64,000 nt of DNA from an uncultured Candidatus Saccharibacteria bacterium (GTDB lineage: Bacteria; Patescibacteriota; Saccharimonadia; Saccharimonadales; UBA4665): assembly GCA_964541145.1 (NCBI GenBank), contig CAZIOX010000006.1, forward strand, positions 1,899 through 65,898. The letters run 5' to 3'. Positions 63,431 through 64,000 of the stretch are shown piece by piece; positions within the stretch are counted from its first letter, which is position 1; every line of letters starts with the position of its first letter. The translations under genes and the position numbers were made by a program. Below the pieces are notes generated by a model. It was not told where the DNA came from. It did not search any database and saw only the letters and a program-made list of their open reading frames with translations.

Positions 63431-64000
63431 CTAATGTTTTGGGGGTGTAGAGATGACTTTATCGACAATGCCGTATTTGAGCGCCTCCTGGGCGGTCATC
63501 CAGCGGTCACGTTCCATGTCTTCATGGATTTTTTCGGGCTTTTGGCCAGTATTTTTTGCCATGATGCATTCAAGCAGTTTCTTTATGCGCAGAGACTCAC
63601 GCAGGTCAATTTCCTGGTCAGTCACCTTTCCGCGCGTGCCGCTGCTGGGCTGATGAATCATAACTGTCGCGTTTGGCAACAGATAACGCTTTCCTTTCGT
63701 TCCGCTACTCAGTAGAAAAGCAGCAGCACTTGCCTGCACCCCAATACCGACCGTTTGCACGTCGTTTGCGATGTACTGCATAGTATCGTAGATAGCTAGC
63801 GCGTCGTAGACACTGCCGCCGGGACTATTTATGTATAGGTATATATCTTTTTTTGCGTCCTCACTCTGTAGAAACAAGAGTTGTGCCACGATAAGGTTCG
63901 CCGTGGCTTCGTTGACATCGCTTCCCAGGAATATTATTCGCTCCTTCAAGAGACGGCTAAATATATCATAGGCGCGCTCATAGCGACCTTCGCTTTCGAT
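63431..64000 (-). CDS. clpP: ATP-dependent Clp protease proteolytic subunit (5' end outside window)
   Basis: The frame stays open to the window end (..[22 protein letters not shown]). Also present: YINSPGGSV, a Ser in GVQASAAAF, a His in MIHQP, and [11 protein letters not shown]. Confidence 0.9.
   Translation of the reverse strand: MESEGRYERAYDIFSRLLKERIIFLGSDVNEATANLIVAQLLFLQSEDAKKDIYLYINSPGGSVYDALAIYDTMQYIANDVQTVGIGVQASAAAFLLSSGTKGKRYLLPNATVMIHQPSSGTRGKVTDQEIDLRESLRIKKLLECIMAKNTGQKPEKIHEDMERDRWMTAQEALKYGIVDKVISTPPKH

Overview
64-kb window from a compact bacterial genome of about 50% GC. No rRNA operon, CRISPR array, transposase or integrase was recognised. The gene content looks like Candidate Phyla Radiation, possibly Saccharibacteria-like, but this is inference only: there is no L30 gene, no adk or map after secY, L33, L36 and S14 all lack cysteines, and TAATG/ATGA gene overlaps are pervasive. 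The genetic code is standard, with a tRNA-Trp(CCA). Layout: (i) The 3' part of ligA at 1-1279. (ii) A minus-strand cluster of seven genes at 1623-12209. Six of them encode single-pass membrane proteins. Together they carry three peptidoglycan-cleaving domains: lysozyme-like, peptidase M15/VanY and GH3/NagZ-like. There is also a 688-aa coiled-coil protein and no ATPase. I rank this as the best candidate for an undescribed envelope or host-cell-wall system. (iii) Two divergent orphan membrane proteins, then tRNA-Trp. (iv) A plus-strand block at 14.1-21.7 kb with pgl-gnd-zwf, a glycosyltransferase, GH57 and GH15. (v) rpmG, three tRNAs, and a perfect 158-bp tandem repeat seeded in the 3' end of tRNA-Tyr. 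(vi) A TPR protein, holB, rluD, a low-GC orphan gene and trpS. (vii) About 36 kb of colinear minus-strand genes at 28.5-63.0 kb: rpoB-rpoC, the str, S10, spc and alpha clusters, then rplM-rpsI. This backbone is interrupted by many small inserts. They include two 2-TM microproteins between rpsL and rpsG, and a four-helix-bundle gene bracketed by 30-bp inverted repeats between rpsG and fusA. A coiled-coil ORF sits between fusA and tuf, and a J-domain protein between tuf and rpsJ. A GNAT, a divergent RelA/SpoT-like gene and a membrane-protein gene split rpsJ from rplC, and a DMT transporter separates rplO from secY. In addition, every long spacer between r-protein genes is an open micro-ORF that runs exactly from the upstream stop to the downstream start. 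Two of these are about 80% identical 111-nt paralogues. (viii) Partial clpP at the window end. All coordinates, start-codon corrections, tRNA folds, hairpins and micro-ORF translations were done by hand. Domain calls are motif recognition by eye, not database searches.
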